A stretch of 64,000 nt of DNA from a virus: positions 1 to 64,000 of IMG/VR virus record IMGVR_UViG_3300050821_001343; one strand, 5' to 3'. Positions 36,509-47,471 of the stretch are shown piece by piece. The notes beneath the pieces were generated by a model, which was not told where the DNA came from, searched no databases, and worked only from the letters and a program-made list of their open reading frames with translations. Position 1 is the first letter of the stretch. Every line of letters starts with the position of its first letter. A program made the translations under genes and the position numbers.

Positions 36509-39500
36509 ATGCCAAACAGTCTATCCCTTGCTGGCGCACAACCCCAGAAACAACCCCGCTTTGCTCCGATTTTCACATCGAGGTTTTTCTCGGGTATATG
36601 GACAAATCGTAGTCCTCTTAGAGACGCAACTACCTCTCGTATTGTCGAAAAATTCTACGGCCAAGCCGGGGATGCCATCATTGCCGGGACCAACATCGAG
36701 ATTACGAATAAACTGACTTTTGCTCGCAGACCCGGCACTTCTGTGTATGATTCCAACAGCTATACGGACCCAGATCGGTACTACGAGTTTCGTTTGTTCA
36801 ACTCCACTACTGAACAGATTGATGTGATGATAGACCAAGCCAATGCTTTGTATTCTCTACATGGCGGCGTAAAGACATTGGTATTCACAAAGAGCACAGG
36901 CTCGGGACAGACTTACATGCAGTCTGTGGGCAACGAGTTATATTTTGCAGACGGTGTGGACAACAAGAAATGGCTTCAGAGTTTGTTCATTCGTTCCAAC
37001 AGCACCTTGATCAACACAAACGTTAACCCATTCTTCACCACTTTCCTCATAGACCCGAACGGTAACATTCAACAGTTAACGGGATCATACGTTACGGCAA
37101 ATGCTGTGAACTGGGGCGATGGCCTTCTTATCATCACTACTGACCAAACCAACTTGCTTACATCGGGAGTTGTAGCCGTTGGGGATAGCATCACCTTCCC
37201 TAATACTATGACTGCAACACAGTTGGAGGGGTTGACACTTGAAGTCACCGGAATAGCCGCCAACGAACTAGAGTTCTCTTACATCAATTTGACAACTCCT
37301 ACCTACAGTGGCGCAGAAAGTCACGTAGTTTTGGAGAACATTGGATCGGGAACTCCTACTACCGGATCAGGTACTCCAACGTGGAGCACAGTTGTACCTT
37401 CTCCGTCTAATAACTTTGCCGGTGGAGTCACACTTGATGGCTCGGCTCTCTGGACAAACAGAGGATTGCCGGTAGAGAATTGGGGAATTGATATAAGCAA
37501 CGGCAAGCAATTGGCTAAACCATTGCCTGTTTCTCCGTCAGTCTCCGAAACCATTGCTGGTGGCAGTTCAAGTTCATCTCAAACTGGCCCCGGTTCAAAT
37601 ATTACATCTAATACTCTATCAGGTTTTGGATCATCACCTGTATCTGAAAACGTCACTTTGAATATGACGTTCAATGCGACCTCAACCTTCAACTTTACAG
37701 TATTGGCCGGTGGACCTGATCCTGCCAATTACGCACAGATACTTGTGTCTCCTGATGGCGGTGCGTCTTATATTTCTTTGTATACGCAAACGTTTCAAAC
37801 TCCATTTGGAGCAACTTCACCATACACAATCGCAGTGAGCAACATCCCGTTAAGCACGGTTCTATCCGGCGTGAGCAACTTGAATAACATTCAGGTCAAG
37901 ATCATTACGGAATCTTTCGGAGCGAATGCAGGCGATGTGGCGAATTTTACTGTCACGCTTGGAGCTATCACTGTAGCAACGGGAAACAACGCATTACCAT
38001 GGACCGCCAACACTGCATACAGCTTGGGTCAGGTTGTAATTGACAGCAACAACAACCTCCAAACCGTTACGGTAGCTGGTATATCAGGACTAGTACAGCC
38101 AAATTGGAATACCATTCTAGGAGGTACGACGTTCGACAACTCTATAACTTGGGAGAATACATTCATCCAAGCCATCTCTGCATTCAACGGCGGGTTTGAG
38201 TACAGCATTGCTCTCGTCAACAGTTTGGATGCAACCGTATCAAATGCTACTCCTTTGTCAGTGGCTACAGGCAACTTTGTTGGGGCTCAAGGTGTAGCAA
38301 TTCCAGCAGGAGCCGGACTGCCTCCGTTGAGTCAGATTGACCCGCAAGCGGACTATGTGGATATTTTCAGAACAGTTGATGGCGGCTCTGTGCCGTTCTT
38401 AATTAACGGTCCCGGAAACTTTCCGTATACAATACCACTTGCTCAATACATTGCCGAGGGGTATGTAGATAATACTCTCGACACTCAGTTGAACAATCAA
38501 ATATCGGGAGCTATTGCTGGAGAGAACACTCCGCCCGGCATCGGAGCAATCAACCTTACGTATCACCTTAGCCGAATCTGGTACAGCATTGGAAATGTAG
38601 TCTACTGGACTACTGGGCCAGATACACCAGTCGGCAACGGAATCAACGGCACATCACCTTTGAACTTCGCCGCTATGCCATCATTGGTCAAGAGAATTGT
38701 ACCAACGACAAGCGGGGCACTCATCTTCACTGTGTCCGACGTGTATATCATTCAAGGAAACGGAACGACTAACAATCCAATTCAAGGAGCATTACCATTG
38801 CTTCCGGGTATTGGACTGTTGAGCTACAATGCGTTGGATCAGAACGGACCGACTATTGGATTATTTACGACCGACAATCAGTTTATCATACTTGATCCCT
38901 CATCAGGAACAACGTATGCTGGATTTCCCATTGGCGATCAGCTAAGGCAGAATAACGGATCACCGGGCACAAGCTGGAATCCAGCCAATGTATATGTCGC
39001 ATGGCATGTACAAGGCGAAGACCAAGCTTGGTATGTTTGTGACGGTACTAATGGATGGTACAGATTAATGTCCACACCGGCTCCTGAAAGCGGTTACACA
39101 TGGTCGCCATTTGCAACCATCACAGGCGGGGCCGGTGCCGTGCAGAGCGTCGAGGTAACCCCCGGAGTTCATAGACTTCTCATTGGACCCACGGGAACAG
39201 GTGAACTACTGCAACGAGATTTGACTGTGTTTACCGACAATGGAACAACCTATCCTGCTAACGCAACGATTGGCTCTCTAGTGCTGGCACAACCGGGTCA
39301 AGTAGCAGAAGTCGCTCACATTGTTTGCGAATCAGCCAAGGTCGGTGCCCCTGTAGAACTTGGATTCTTGACCGACGAGGCATTTCCTTATTACACAGGA
39401 CCGATTGATATTCTTAAGGAATGGACATCTGATCCTCCGAATTTGTCACCTAGCCAATCACTGTATAGTCAACGTTTCTATTTAGCAAATATAGACGATG

Positions 39501-39616
39501 ACGACGCAGCGGTGATGCGACATTGCCAAATTCAGATCATATTCTCACCTTATGATACTGTGCAAAATGAGATGCTAACCCTCACGGTTTTTGGGGCCTA
39601 TTCGCAGGAGGTATAA
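36509..39616 (+). CDS. tail nozzle/tubular-like protein
   Basis: 1035 aa, beta-rich; N-terminal RRPG motif; position before the ejection genes. Confidence 0.6.
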   Translation: MPNSLSLAGAQPQKQPRFAPIFTSRFFSGIWTNRSPLRDATTSRIVEKFYGQAGDAIIAGTNIEITNKLTFARRPGTSVYDSNSYTDPDRYYEFRLFNSTTEQIDVMIDQANALYSLHGGVKTLVFTKSTGSGQTYMQSVGNELYFADGVDNKKWLQSLFIRSNSTLINTNVNPFFTTFLIDPNGNIQQLTGSYVTANAVNWGDGLLIITTDQTNLLTSGVVAVGDSITFPNTMTATQLEGLTLEVTGIAANELEFSYINLTTPTYSGAESHVVLENIGSGTPTTGSGTPTWSTVVPSPSNNFAGGVTLDGSALWTNRGLPVENWGIDISNGKQLAKPLPVSPSVSETIAGGSSSSSQTGPGSNITSNTLSGFGSSPVSENVTLNMTFNATSTFNFTVLAGGPDPANYAQILVSPDGGASYISLYTQTFQTPFGATSPYTIAVSNIPLSTVLSGVSNLNNIQVKIITESFGANAGDVANFTVTLGAITVATGNNALPWTANTAYSLGQVVIDSNNNLQTVTVAGISGLVQPNWNTILGGTTFDNSITWENTFIQAISAFNGGFEYSIALVNSLDATVSNATPLSVATGNFVGAQGVAIPAGAGLPPLSQIDPQADYVDIFRTVDGGSVPFLINGPGNFPYTIPLAQYIAEGYVDNTLDTQLNNQISGAIAGENTPPGIGAINLTYHLSRIWYSIGNVVYWTTGPDTPVGNGINGTSPLNFAAMPSLVKRIVPTTSGALIFTVSDVYIIQGNGTTNNPIQGALPLLPGIGLLSYNALDQNGPTIGLFTTDNQFIILDPSSGTTYAGFPIGDQLRQNNGSPGTSWNPANVYVAWHVQGEDQAWYVCDGTNGWYRLMSTPAPESGYTWSPFATITGGAGAVQSVEVTPGVHRLLIGPTGTGELLQRDLTVFTDNGTTYPANATIGSLVLAQPGQVAEVAHIVCESAKVGAPVELGFLTDEAFPYYTGPIDILKEWTSDPPNLSPSQSLYSQRFYLANIDDDDAAVMRHCQIQIIFSPYDTVQNEMLTLTVFGAYSQEV

Positions 39617-39619
39617 TCA

Positions 39620-40333
39620 ATGCCCGATTTAGCAAGTAGAACAGGTGTGGACCTTGATGGATATACTCCGATAGCTCCCGTCTCTGGATCACCAGTTCCG
39701 GCTCAAGGTACATCATCACCCAATACTGTTGAGCCGGGATTGAATCCATTTTTACGATGCCCAATACCTCCTATTTGGCAGTCATCACCAGATTCTTTGA
39801 GGCAGTTCTATCAGAACAATGTCGTTCCACAAACTAGATTGTTTAATCCTCCTCCGAATCAAAACGTATCTGTTGCCGCAGCCGCACCCGCTGCAAGCAA
39901 TGTAACTAATGTTACTAACAACACAGTTGTCTCCGTAGCGGCTGCTCAGAATCCTAATTTGATTTCCAGTGACGGAACTACAGGATCGCGTAGGTTTTTC
40001 CAAACTGCGAATCCAGAAACTACCGGCCCTACATCGAGTTATGTGTTTCAGAATTCCAATACCAGTCCCCTTTTAGTAGTTGTCTCTGCTGACGGCGGCG
40101 GCGGAGGATTTCACGGAGTAGTATATTGTGACATTACCACGACTCCCGTTACGAAAGTAGCACGACTATCTCGTGTCAACGCGGGGTCCAGTAATCCAAA
40201 CTACTATCCCGGAAGCGTGATGTTTCTTGTTCCTGCTGGTTACTATTATGGGATCAGCGTGACAAGCGGCGGTGGCACGCCAGTCGGAGCTAATGCACTT
40301 GATTCATGGACTGAGTACACCCTTGGGAGTTAA
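39620..40333 (+). CDS. virion protein
   Basis: GGAGG RBS; C-terminal F.VPAG.YY.I domain. Confidence 0.65.
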   Translation: MPDLASRTGVDLDGYTPIAPVSGSPVPAQGTSSPNTVEPGLNPFLRCPIPPIWQSSPDSLRQFYQNNVVPQTRLFNPPPNQNVSVAAAAPAASNVTNVTNNTVVSVAAAQNPNLISSDGTTGSRRFFQTANPETTGPTSSYVFQNSNTSPLLVVVSADGGGGGFHGVVYCDITTTPVTKVARLSRVNAGSSNPNYYPGSVMFLVPAGYYYGISVTSGGGTPVGANALDSWTEYTLGS

Positions 40334-40750
40334 ATGATTACCAACCGATTTATCACCGACAATGATTACTCTATTCTTGCTGGATCGTTGCTACTGGATG
40401 AGTATCACAAGGACACACCAGCCGGTTTCTTTTATGCAGACGGAACGGTTTGCTCTGTTTATGAAGACGAAAATGGTCCCATTTGTTTTGTACGAGGAAA
40501 GCCCATTACACAAGACAAAGTGGCGATTATACAACTAGATATTCAATATGTCAACAATCGAGACGCTCGACGTAACATGAGAGCGATGCTTGAAGGATTA
40601 CCAGAATTGGAAAAGAAAGCGCGTGAAAATGGTTTTTCTGGCTTTTTCTTTGTGAGTAATGTTCCTCTGCTTAGACAGTTTTGCATAAAGCGACTTGGAT
40701 TCGAGGCTTATGGGGAAGATTGTCTGGTTAAAGTTTTGCAGGAGAAATAA
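40334..40750 (+). CDS. GNAT-like virion assembly protein
   Basis: L..F..KRLGF; position equivalent to podovirus acetyltransferase-like assembly genes. Confidence 0.55.
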   Translation: MITNRFITDNDYSILAGSLLLDEYHKDTPAGFFYADGTVCSVYEDENGPICFVRGKPITQDKVAIIQLDIQYVNNRDARRNMRAMLEGLPELEKKARENGFSGFFFVSNVPLLRQFCIKRLGFEAYGEDCLVKVLQEK

Positions 40751-41568
40751 TGCGTATCTATACGAAGTTGCAATATAGTTGGGACGGTATTAAATACGCT
40801 CTTGACAAAGCCGAGTATTTCGAGTACAATGGAGAAGTAGCCTTATTGTGCGGCCCGTCTGCGCAGCAGACTCAACTTGCCAGCCAACAGGCAAGTTTCA
40901 TGACTCAATTGCAGACTCAAGCTTCACAAGCTTTCGGAACCGCGTCAGCAGTTCTCAACTCATTGGTATCGACATTCACTCCGACGATTCAGGCTGGACC
41001 TAATCAACAGGGTATGTCACCGGCTGAACTTGCCGCCCGTAATGCTGCTGTTATTCAGAACGCCGGTATTGCGGCAAAGAATGCAAAAGCAGCGGTCGGT
41101 AATGAAGAAGCTGCTGTAGGCGGGGGCAACGTCAGCCTGCCAAGCGGTGCCAAGATTGGTGCCGATCTGAGCGTAGCAGAAAACGCTGCTAACCAAACAT
41201 CAACAGGGTTGAATCAAGTTGAGCAAGAGAATTACACACTTGGTCGAGAGAACTATGACAACGCAGTGAAGGGCCTTGAAGGATCAACCTCAGTCCTGAA
41301 TCCGGTTACAAGTGCCGATAATGCTGCGAGCACTTCAGGCACCGTGGCGAGCAATCAAGCTAACGCAAACGAGCAAGCAAGTACAAGCTGGATGGCCCCA
41401 GTCGCTTCCGTTCTTGGAGATGTTGCTAGTGTTGCAACAGGCGGCATCATTAAAGGCATACAGAACCCAACGAGCAATGCTACACAACAGCAACCCATCC
41501 CGAATTACGGTGCTAACCAAGGTAACCAAGGTAACATTGGCGAAGGCACGGTTGAAGAAGCGGCATAA
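40750..41568 (+). CDS. putative DNA ejection protein
   Basis: N-terminal MRIYTK...EY.GEVALLCG leader followed by Gln/Ala/Asn-rich helices. Confidence 0.65.
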   Translation: MRIYTKLQYSWDGIKYALDKAEYFEYNGEVALLCGPSAQQTQLASQQASFMTQLQTQASQAFGTASAVLNSLVSTFTPTIQAGPNQQGMSPAELAARNAAVIQNAGIAAKNAKAAVGNEEAAVGGGNVSLPSGAKIGADLSVAENAANQTSTGLNQVEQENYTLGRENYDNAVKGLEGSTSVLNPVTSADNAASTSGTVASNQANANEQASTSWMAPVASVLGDVASVATGGIIKGIQNPTSNATQQQPIPNYGANQGNQGNIGEGTVEEAA

Positions 41569-41578
41569 GGAATAACAC

Positions 41579-44404
41579 ATGGCAGACCCACAGACACCGA
41601 ATACAGGAATATCGAACCCACCTAATGGTGGAGCGGTAACGGATGTAGCACTTCCAGATTCAAATGAATCGACCGTTTCGCAAGCATCTGCGCCCAATCA
41701 ACCTGCACAACAGACACCGCAGGCAGCACCGGCTGCTAGTGCATCGTCTTCGGCTCCCCAAGCTTCACAGCAACCGCAAACTCCCGGTCAGTCGCAACCG
41801 GCAAGCACGCCAGCGGCTTCCGGTCAGACGCCCGATTTGTCGAAACCAACGCCACAGCAAGCGGCTGCGCAAGTGCAACAACAGGTGAAAGATGCCAAGG
41901 TACAGAAGGCCAGCACTTTCCACGACATTGCCGAAACCCTATCTGGTGGTCCTCGTTTTACCTACACCATCGATGCTAACGGTAACACCGTTAAGACCAA
42001 AATTCCTGTAAGTAATGCTCATCTTGCACTAGCAATTGCAATGGAAGCTTTGAGCGGAGCAGCGGCAGGAGTCGGTCAAACTGGACCCGGCGCTGTAGGC
42101 AAAGCTGCGACTGCTGGACTAAAGCAAGGACAAGATCAGACCGCGCAGATTCAAAAAGGCGATCAAGAGGCGCAGCAACAAGCACAGGGAGATTTTGCCC
42201 GTAAAGCACAGATCACTGAAACTAATATGCGTCTGTACGCCAATGCTGTCAACTTAGGGCGCATGAGTGTAGAAGATCAGGACAACTATATTAAATCAGT
42301 TGCTCCCGTCGCTACTAAGTTGCAGCAAGAACTTCCCGGCTTCCTGAAAGAAGTAGTCGGATACAAAGGGCTGTCTCAATACAATGTCACTGAGAATACA
42401 GCACTACCTTACCGCCGTGTCGCCAGAATTGGTGCAGACGGTCAGCAGGCTGTAGACAAGAACGGAGTTCCGCAGTGGGACATGGATTATCTGATCCTTG
42501 ATCCAAAGTTCAAGGTTTCTGGTTTATTCACACCGGAGATTAAGAAGGCGTTCAAAGAACAAGGACTCCCTTGGGCCGATAATCCAAACATCGACAATAC
42601 TCCGATGAACGCGTACACTGCTCTGAATCTCATTTCCCGCGCATCACAGTGGAATGTAGCTAAGGGTTATGTCAGTAACTTCTTTGACACAGTAGACAAA
42701 GCCACGAAGGAAGGTTCCGCGCCGAAGAACGCCGTGGATATGACTACTGCCGGATCACTTACGGCTCCTCCGATCAAGGACAAGCAGATTTCAGGACTAG
42801 TTGACGCCGCTTCGAATAAGTACGCCTCACAGGTATCCGACATTGTATCACCTGATAACTTTAGAGCGATCATTCATGGAATCGTCAATCAGGAACACGG
42901 GCTTCATGGAGAAGTAAGTTCTAAAGGCGCTCAAGGTCCAATGCAGCTAATGCCCGGTACGGCTACGGCGTTAGGTGTACACAATATAAACGATCCCGCT
43001 GAGAATGTGGACGCGGGTACAAAGTATTTCACTCAGCTTTTGAAGAAATACAAGTCGCTCCCCAACGCATTAGCCGCCTATAATGCCGGTCCCGGAAACG
43101 TAGACAAAGCAAACGGCGTGCCGAACATCCCCGAGACAAAAGGGTATGTTGCGAACATTAGCAAGATGCTTGGCATTTCATCTGAGGACAACGCAGCACA
43201 GACTCCTAATCGTCCCGATATGGCGCAGTTTACGCAGTCCAACCCGACCTTTCCATCAGCGGTAGAGAAATTCAATGCATCTCTTGCCCACACAGATGGA
43301 AGCTATGGAGCCGCATTAAAGGACATGGAAGCCAAAGGATTCACAGATGATGTGAAAACAATGTCTGCATTCTTCAACAGTGACGGGAAAGACAATATCA
43401 AGGCTCATGATGATTATGTAAACACACAGGCCGAGATACGCAAGTCTGACATACAAACCCAAGCTATCGAAGACCGTGCGGCTAACAAAACAGCACAGGA
43501 TTCTTTAGCTCAGAAGCAGGTACAAGATCAACTTGACTCTTTTCAAAGAGCTAAGATGCCTGATAATGCCTTGCAACTTTCACCTAACGATTTGATTGCC
43601 AATTTAAAGGGTCAAGGAGTAACAGTTCCGTTTCAAGTTATAAGTGATGCCCAAAAGGTAGCTCGTTATGAGTTACCACTTAGTGTTGCTTCCAACAAGC
43701 TGTGGTTCAAAGACAAGAATGCGAACCAATCAGCTTTGGCAGCTTTGGCTACACAGCTTAATCCTGAATTTAATGCCGGTAACTACGACAAACTCAAAGC
43801 AACGGAGATGCCGAACGGTAAAGCAATTAGAACTGTAGAGTCAGCCGCCGCTGTGTCAAATCACTTAAACGATTTGATGGATTTGTCTAACTCGATTAAG
43901 TCAGGAAGAACGAACTATCCTCTATTGAACAAACTTGAGGGAGAACTTCAAACACACACTGGTGGAAGTGACTATCTAAGACTACAATCTTTGACAGGCG
44001 CTATCAACGGAGAAATGGGACCCGTTCTCGCAGGCGGTTACGCCCCTCATGAAGCAGAAATCAACGGGCTAATTAAGAACATGAATGCTAACAACGCGGA
44101 CGATCAGATTCAGCAATTAGGTAAACTTTACACCGAAATTATGTACGGTAAAGTAGCCCCGTTTGATGAAGAGTATAATGAACTGTCCGGCTCAGGGGAT
44201 AAGCATTTGACGATTCCAGCTTCGTTTACTAGACTGGCACAACGAAATGGATATGATACCCCGTGGGAGAAAAAGCTTCCTCAGCAAAATCAACAGTTAC
44301 CCGGTCAGCGGCCAAATGAGATACCACAGTATTTGAATGGTAAGTTGGTCGGATACACTCTACCCGGCAAAACAGGCATGAGGCCGGTAACACCACAACA
44401 ATAA
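41579..44404 (+). CDS. internal virion/ejection protein with lytic transglycosylase (SLT) domain
   Basis: QE....SSKGAQGPMQLMPGTA...N..AG..Y...AAYNAGPG...ET..YV. Confidence 0.85.
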   Translation: MADPQTPNTGISNPPNGGAVTDVALPDSNESTVSQASAPNQPAQQTPQAAPAASASSSAPQASQQPQTPGQSQPASTPAASGQTPDLSKPTPQQAAAQVQQQVKDAKVQKASTFHDIAETLSGGPRFTYTIDANGNTVKTKIPVSNAHLALAIAMEALSGAAAGVGQTGPGAVGKAATAGLKQGQDQTAQIQKGDQEAQQQAQGDFARKAQITETNMRLYANAVNLGRMSVEDQDNYIKSVAPVATKLQQELPGFLKEVVGYKGLSQYNVTENTALPYRRVARIGADGQQAVDKNGVPQWDMDYLILDPKFKVSGLFTPEIKKAFKEQGLPWADNPNIDNTPMNAYTALNLISRASQWNVAKGYVSNFFDTVDKATKEGSAPKNAVDMTTAGSLTAPPIKDKQISGLVDAASNKYASQVSDIVSPDNFRAIIHGIVNQEHGLHGEVSSKGAQGPMQLMPGTATALGVHNINDPAENVDAGTKYFTQLLKKYKSLPNALAAYNAGPGNVDKANGVPNIPETKGYVANISKMLGISSEDNAAQTPNRPDMAQFTQSNPTFPSAVEKFNASLAHTDGSYGAALKDMEAKGFTDDVKTMSAFFNSDGKDNIKAHDDYVNTQAEIRKSDIQTQAIEDRAANKTAQDSLAQKQVQDQLDSFQRAKMPDNALQLSPNDLIANLKGQGVTVPFQVISDAQKVARYELPLSVASNKLWFKDKNANQSALAALATQLNPEFNAGNYDKLKATEMPNGKAIRTVESAAAVSNHLNDLMDLSNSIKSGRTNYPLLNKLEGELQTHTGGSDYLRLQSLTGAINGEMGPVLAGGYAPHEAEINGLIKNMNANNADDQIQQLGKLYTEIMYGKVAPFDEEYNELSGSGDKHLTIPASFTRLAQRNGYDTPWEKKLPQQNQQLPGQRPNEIPQYLNGKLVGYTLPGKTGMRPVTPQQ

Positions 44405-44411
44405 GGTGAAT

Positions 44412-46616
44412 ATGGATGATACACAGAACACTCCGCAACTGGCAACCGGGACTAATGGAAGCAATCCAGCTAGTCCTGCTGCTCCTGACGAATACTCAAC
44501 TCCTATTCCACAAGGGGCCACAAGTGCGCCTACTCAGCAGGATGAGTATTCTACGCCAATTCCACAAGGAGCTACAGCAACGCCGTCGAACATCACACCA
44601 CCAGAAACCGGACTCAATAAGTTTGTCTCGGGATTGGAAGCAGATAAAGACCCAACTAATCCCGCAGATGACCCCGATGCTTATGAACGAGGCATCAACC
44701 GAATGGCCGCTGGCGGAATCAAAGAAGCTGCCAACGGTGTCGGAAACATCCTCGACATGCTAACCAATCATGGTCAAGGTGGGCCGGGGCCTGTTAGCAC
44801 TAAAGCGGCAGTTGCTTTGTACAAGGAGATTCACAAAGACGCTACGCCACAGCAGATTTCAGATTTTGCTAATAAGCAGATTCGTGCTCCGCAAGCGTTT
44901 CAGAAACCAATACAAGAAGCTATTAGTTGGTTGCACTCAGGGGGACAGCCAGACGGGTTTTGGGAAACGGTCGGTTCACTTGGAGAACAAGCAGCAGAGT
45001 GGCTTGGCGGCGAAGAAGCATTGAAACTTGCATCAGCGCCGATCAAGATTGTTGAAGGAGCACCTGAAGCCATTGACACAGCAAAGCACATCGCTTCTGC
45101 AAAGAATGTCATGACTGTTCTAAAGCTTAATCCAAAGTTAGCAGGTATTGTAGCTATCGGATTGAAAGCAAGTCAAACCGCATTAGGATCAGCCGCGCAG
45201 AATTATGTGCATACTGAAGACCCGAATTCGGCACTAAGAGCCGGTGAGATAGGAGAGGGACTAGGAGCACTTGGGGGAGCAATTGCAAAGCCTATTGAAT
45301 CCATTTCCGATCAACTTGGAAACGTTGGGCCTAAAGTTGCGCAGATCGCAGGCGAGGATGTTCCGGTCGCGGCTACCCATCCACAACTTACAGGAGCACC
45401 AGCAAATGAAACTGCTACTAGTGCATTGAACATCAACAATCCTGAGAATTTAGAAACGACTGTTGAACCGGCAGGTAAAACCGATGCAGCAACCCCGGTA
45501 AAAAATACGCTACAGCATTTTTCCACACCAGCGGGAGCACAGAACTTTGTGGATACACAGGTACAGCCAGCCGCAAGGAAAGCACTTCAGGCAGGTCTGT
45601 CACAACCAGCGATTGATTCTGTAGACGCATTACGCACACTTCGTGGAGAGGCACCGCTAGCAGATGCTCCTCCGAAGTTGAAAACGACCGCCGCAATTGC
45701 GAAGTTCATGCAAGGTGAGGCCAAGAAAACTTACCAAACACTGGATGACGCAGCACAGCAGGACATTGATAAGTGGACCGAGCAATACGGCGAACAGGCA
45801 CAGAGCAATGCTGTGAAAGAGGGTGCTCCTGATTTTGAGACGCAGTTTTCCAAGATGGGACAACCATCGACCGAGACTGCACCTAAACCAAAGATCACGA
45901 TTCCAGAGAAGCCAAAGCTATTTACGGAATTGCAAGATCAAGTTAGAGATGCAAAGGCGACCATTGGAAGCAAGGCTTCATCTCAAGTAGACAAGCAAAC
46001 TGCGATTCAGAATCTTCCAGTCTATGAGAAGGAAATGAAAGCATTCATGGCGAAGCATGGGGGTTTGGTTGATCCTGATGAGTTGTCAACTGCTAACTCT
46101 GTATACTCACAAAGTAAGAGATATGAGTGGTTGTCAAAGCAACTACAACGAGCAACGCAAGGTGCGGAAGGCGGGGGTCTATTTAAAGGTGATACTTTGA
46201 AGTATAGACCACAGGCTCTTGAGAGTCTTGAACGCCAATACAACATCCAGTTTGGAAAGACTGACGGAGAAGATGCCTTCAAGAAACTATTGGGACCAAA
46301 GGCATACAACAACTATAACGATGTGGTTAATGCTTTGAAGCGTCCAAGCACGGGCGGTGGTACATTCGTGGAATGGTTAAACAGTCTCCCATTAAAATCG
46401 GGAAAAGTGTTTGGCACAATCCCCGTGGGAGCATTGGCAGATCATTTACTGTTCGATCCAGATGCCGCGTCGGAAATTGCAGCGAAGTTTGAGGGTGCAT
46501 CTAAACTTGCGAAGGCTGCGGGTGAACGAGTAGGTGCAACCACAGCGGCAACCGTGCGACCAAAGAACTCATCGTTGAACGATTCTTTGCAATCGGCATC
46601 TGGTGCTTTTCAATAA
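44412..46616 (+). CDS. putative internal virion/ejection protein
   Basis: large Ala-rich helical ORF after the SLT gene; DEYSTPIPQGAT repeated twice. Confidence 0.6.
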   Translation: MDDTQNTPQLATGTNGSNPASPAAPDEYSTPIPQGATSAPTQQDEYSTPIPQGATATPSNITPPETGLNKFVSGLEADKDPTNPADDPDAYERGINRMAAGGIKEAANGVGNILDMLTNHGQGGPGPVSTKAAVALYKEIHKDATPQQISDFANKQIRAPQAFQKPIQEAISWLHSGGQPDGFWETVGSLGEQAAEWLGGEEALKLASAPIKIVEGAPEAIDTAKHIASAKNVMTVLKLNPKLAGIVAIGLKASQTALGSAAQNYVHTEDPNSALRAGEIGEGLGALGGAIAKPIESISDQLGNVGPKVAQIAGEDVPVAATHPQLTGAPANETATSALNINNPENLETTVEPAGKTDAATPVKNTLQHFSTPAGAQNFVDTQVQPAARKALQAGLSQPAIDSVDALRTLRGEAPLADAPPKLKTTAAIAKFMQGEAKKTYQTLDDAAQQDIDKWTEQYGEQAQSNAVKEGAPDFETQFSKMGQPSTETAPKPKITIPEKPKLFTELQDQVRDAKATIGSKASSQVDKQTAIQNLPVYEKEMKAFMAKHGGLVDPDELSTANSVYSQSKRYEWLSKQLQRATQGAEGGGLFKGDTLKYRPQALESLERQYNIQFGKTDGEDAFKKLLGPKAYNNYNDVVNALKRPSTGGGTFVEWLNSLPLKSGKVFGTIPVGALADHLLFDPDAASEIAAKFEGASKLAKAAGERVGATTAATVRPKNSSLNDSLQSASGAFQ

Positions 46617-46625
46617 GGAGGATAT

Positions 46626-47033
46626 TTGTTAAGACAAGATGATTTTTGCCGGTCGCAATTAGTCCTTGCAGGATGGAGACACGGACATATCTATGGGGGG
46701 CATCTCGGAAGCTGTTTAATCATGAGTTGCCTCGCTAACCGCCAGAAAGCGGGATGGGGACCATGGCTAGAGATTTTAGACACAATACCAAGGTATGCTG
46801 CCACAATTGAACAGCCTGAAGGGATACCCTCGATTTGGGAACCTAACTTCGTGAGACTCTTGCACGAAGTTGAATCCATCTCGGAAGGCTCCAAGGACTA
46901 TGCAAACGGAGCAATGTATTGGTTTGACTCTTCGAAACCTGTCACCAATGAATGGTTCAAAGAGAAGCTTTTAGATAACAAAGAATCACATCCAGTAATA
47001 GGGAACATGAATTCCCTAATGTTGTTAAGATAG
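46626..47033 (+). CDS. SleB/Hydrolase_2-like cell wall hydrolase homolog
   Basis: LANR..AGWG...D.ANGA.YW...IGN; TTG start after AGGAGG. Confidence 0.5.
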   Translation: MLRQDDFCRSQLVLAGWRHGHIYGGHLGSCLIMSCLANRQKAGWGPWLEILDTIPRYAATIEQPEGIPSIWEPNFVRLLHEVESISEGSKDYANGAMYWFDSSKPVTNEWFKEKLLDNKESHPVIGNMNSLMLLR

Positions 47034-47045
47034 ATTGGAGAATAC

Positions 47046-47408
47046 ATGATTGATCCCGTGACGATGGCAACACTTGTTACTCTTGGAAGTGAAATTCTGA
47101 AAATTTGGATACCAGCAGGGGCACTCTTGTTTGGGATATTCCGAGGATGGCTCTGGGTGAAAAATAAGTTTGTGAACATAGATGCGAACGTCATTGAGAT
47201 GAAGAAGTCTCTAGACACTCATTTCGATGCATTACGTTCGGATGTGCAAGACCAGACAAAGACAATTGCCGGGGCACTATCCGAGCAGCGTCAAGATTTT
47301 AGAACATTCTATGCTCCCATGTTCCTGATGCAACAGTCACAAGTACAACAGGCTGCGGCTCCGGTGCGAGCTAAGAAGGCACCCCGAAAACCGGCCCGAA
47401 AGAAATAA
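47046..47408 (+). CDS. membrane protein, holin-like
   Basis: N-terminal TM, coiled coil, basic tail. Confidence 0.55.
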   Translation: MIDPVTMATLVTLGSEILKIWIPAGALLFGIFRGWLWVKNKFVNIDANVIEMKKSLDTHFDALRSDVQDQTKTIAGALSEQRQDFRTFYAPMFLMQQSQVQQAAAPVRAKKAPRKPARKK

Positions 47409-47409
47409 C

Positions 47410-47438
47410 TTGACAAATGGGCCAAACTATGGTAATAT
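47410..47438 (+). promoter_or_regulatory. sigma70-type promoter
   Basis: TTGACA-17-TAATAT, extended TG. Confidence 0.8.
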
Positions 47439-47471
47439 AGGGATGTAGTCAAAGTTCAATCACGGAGGATA

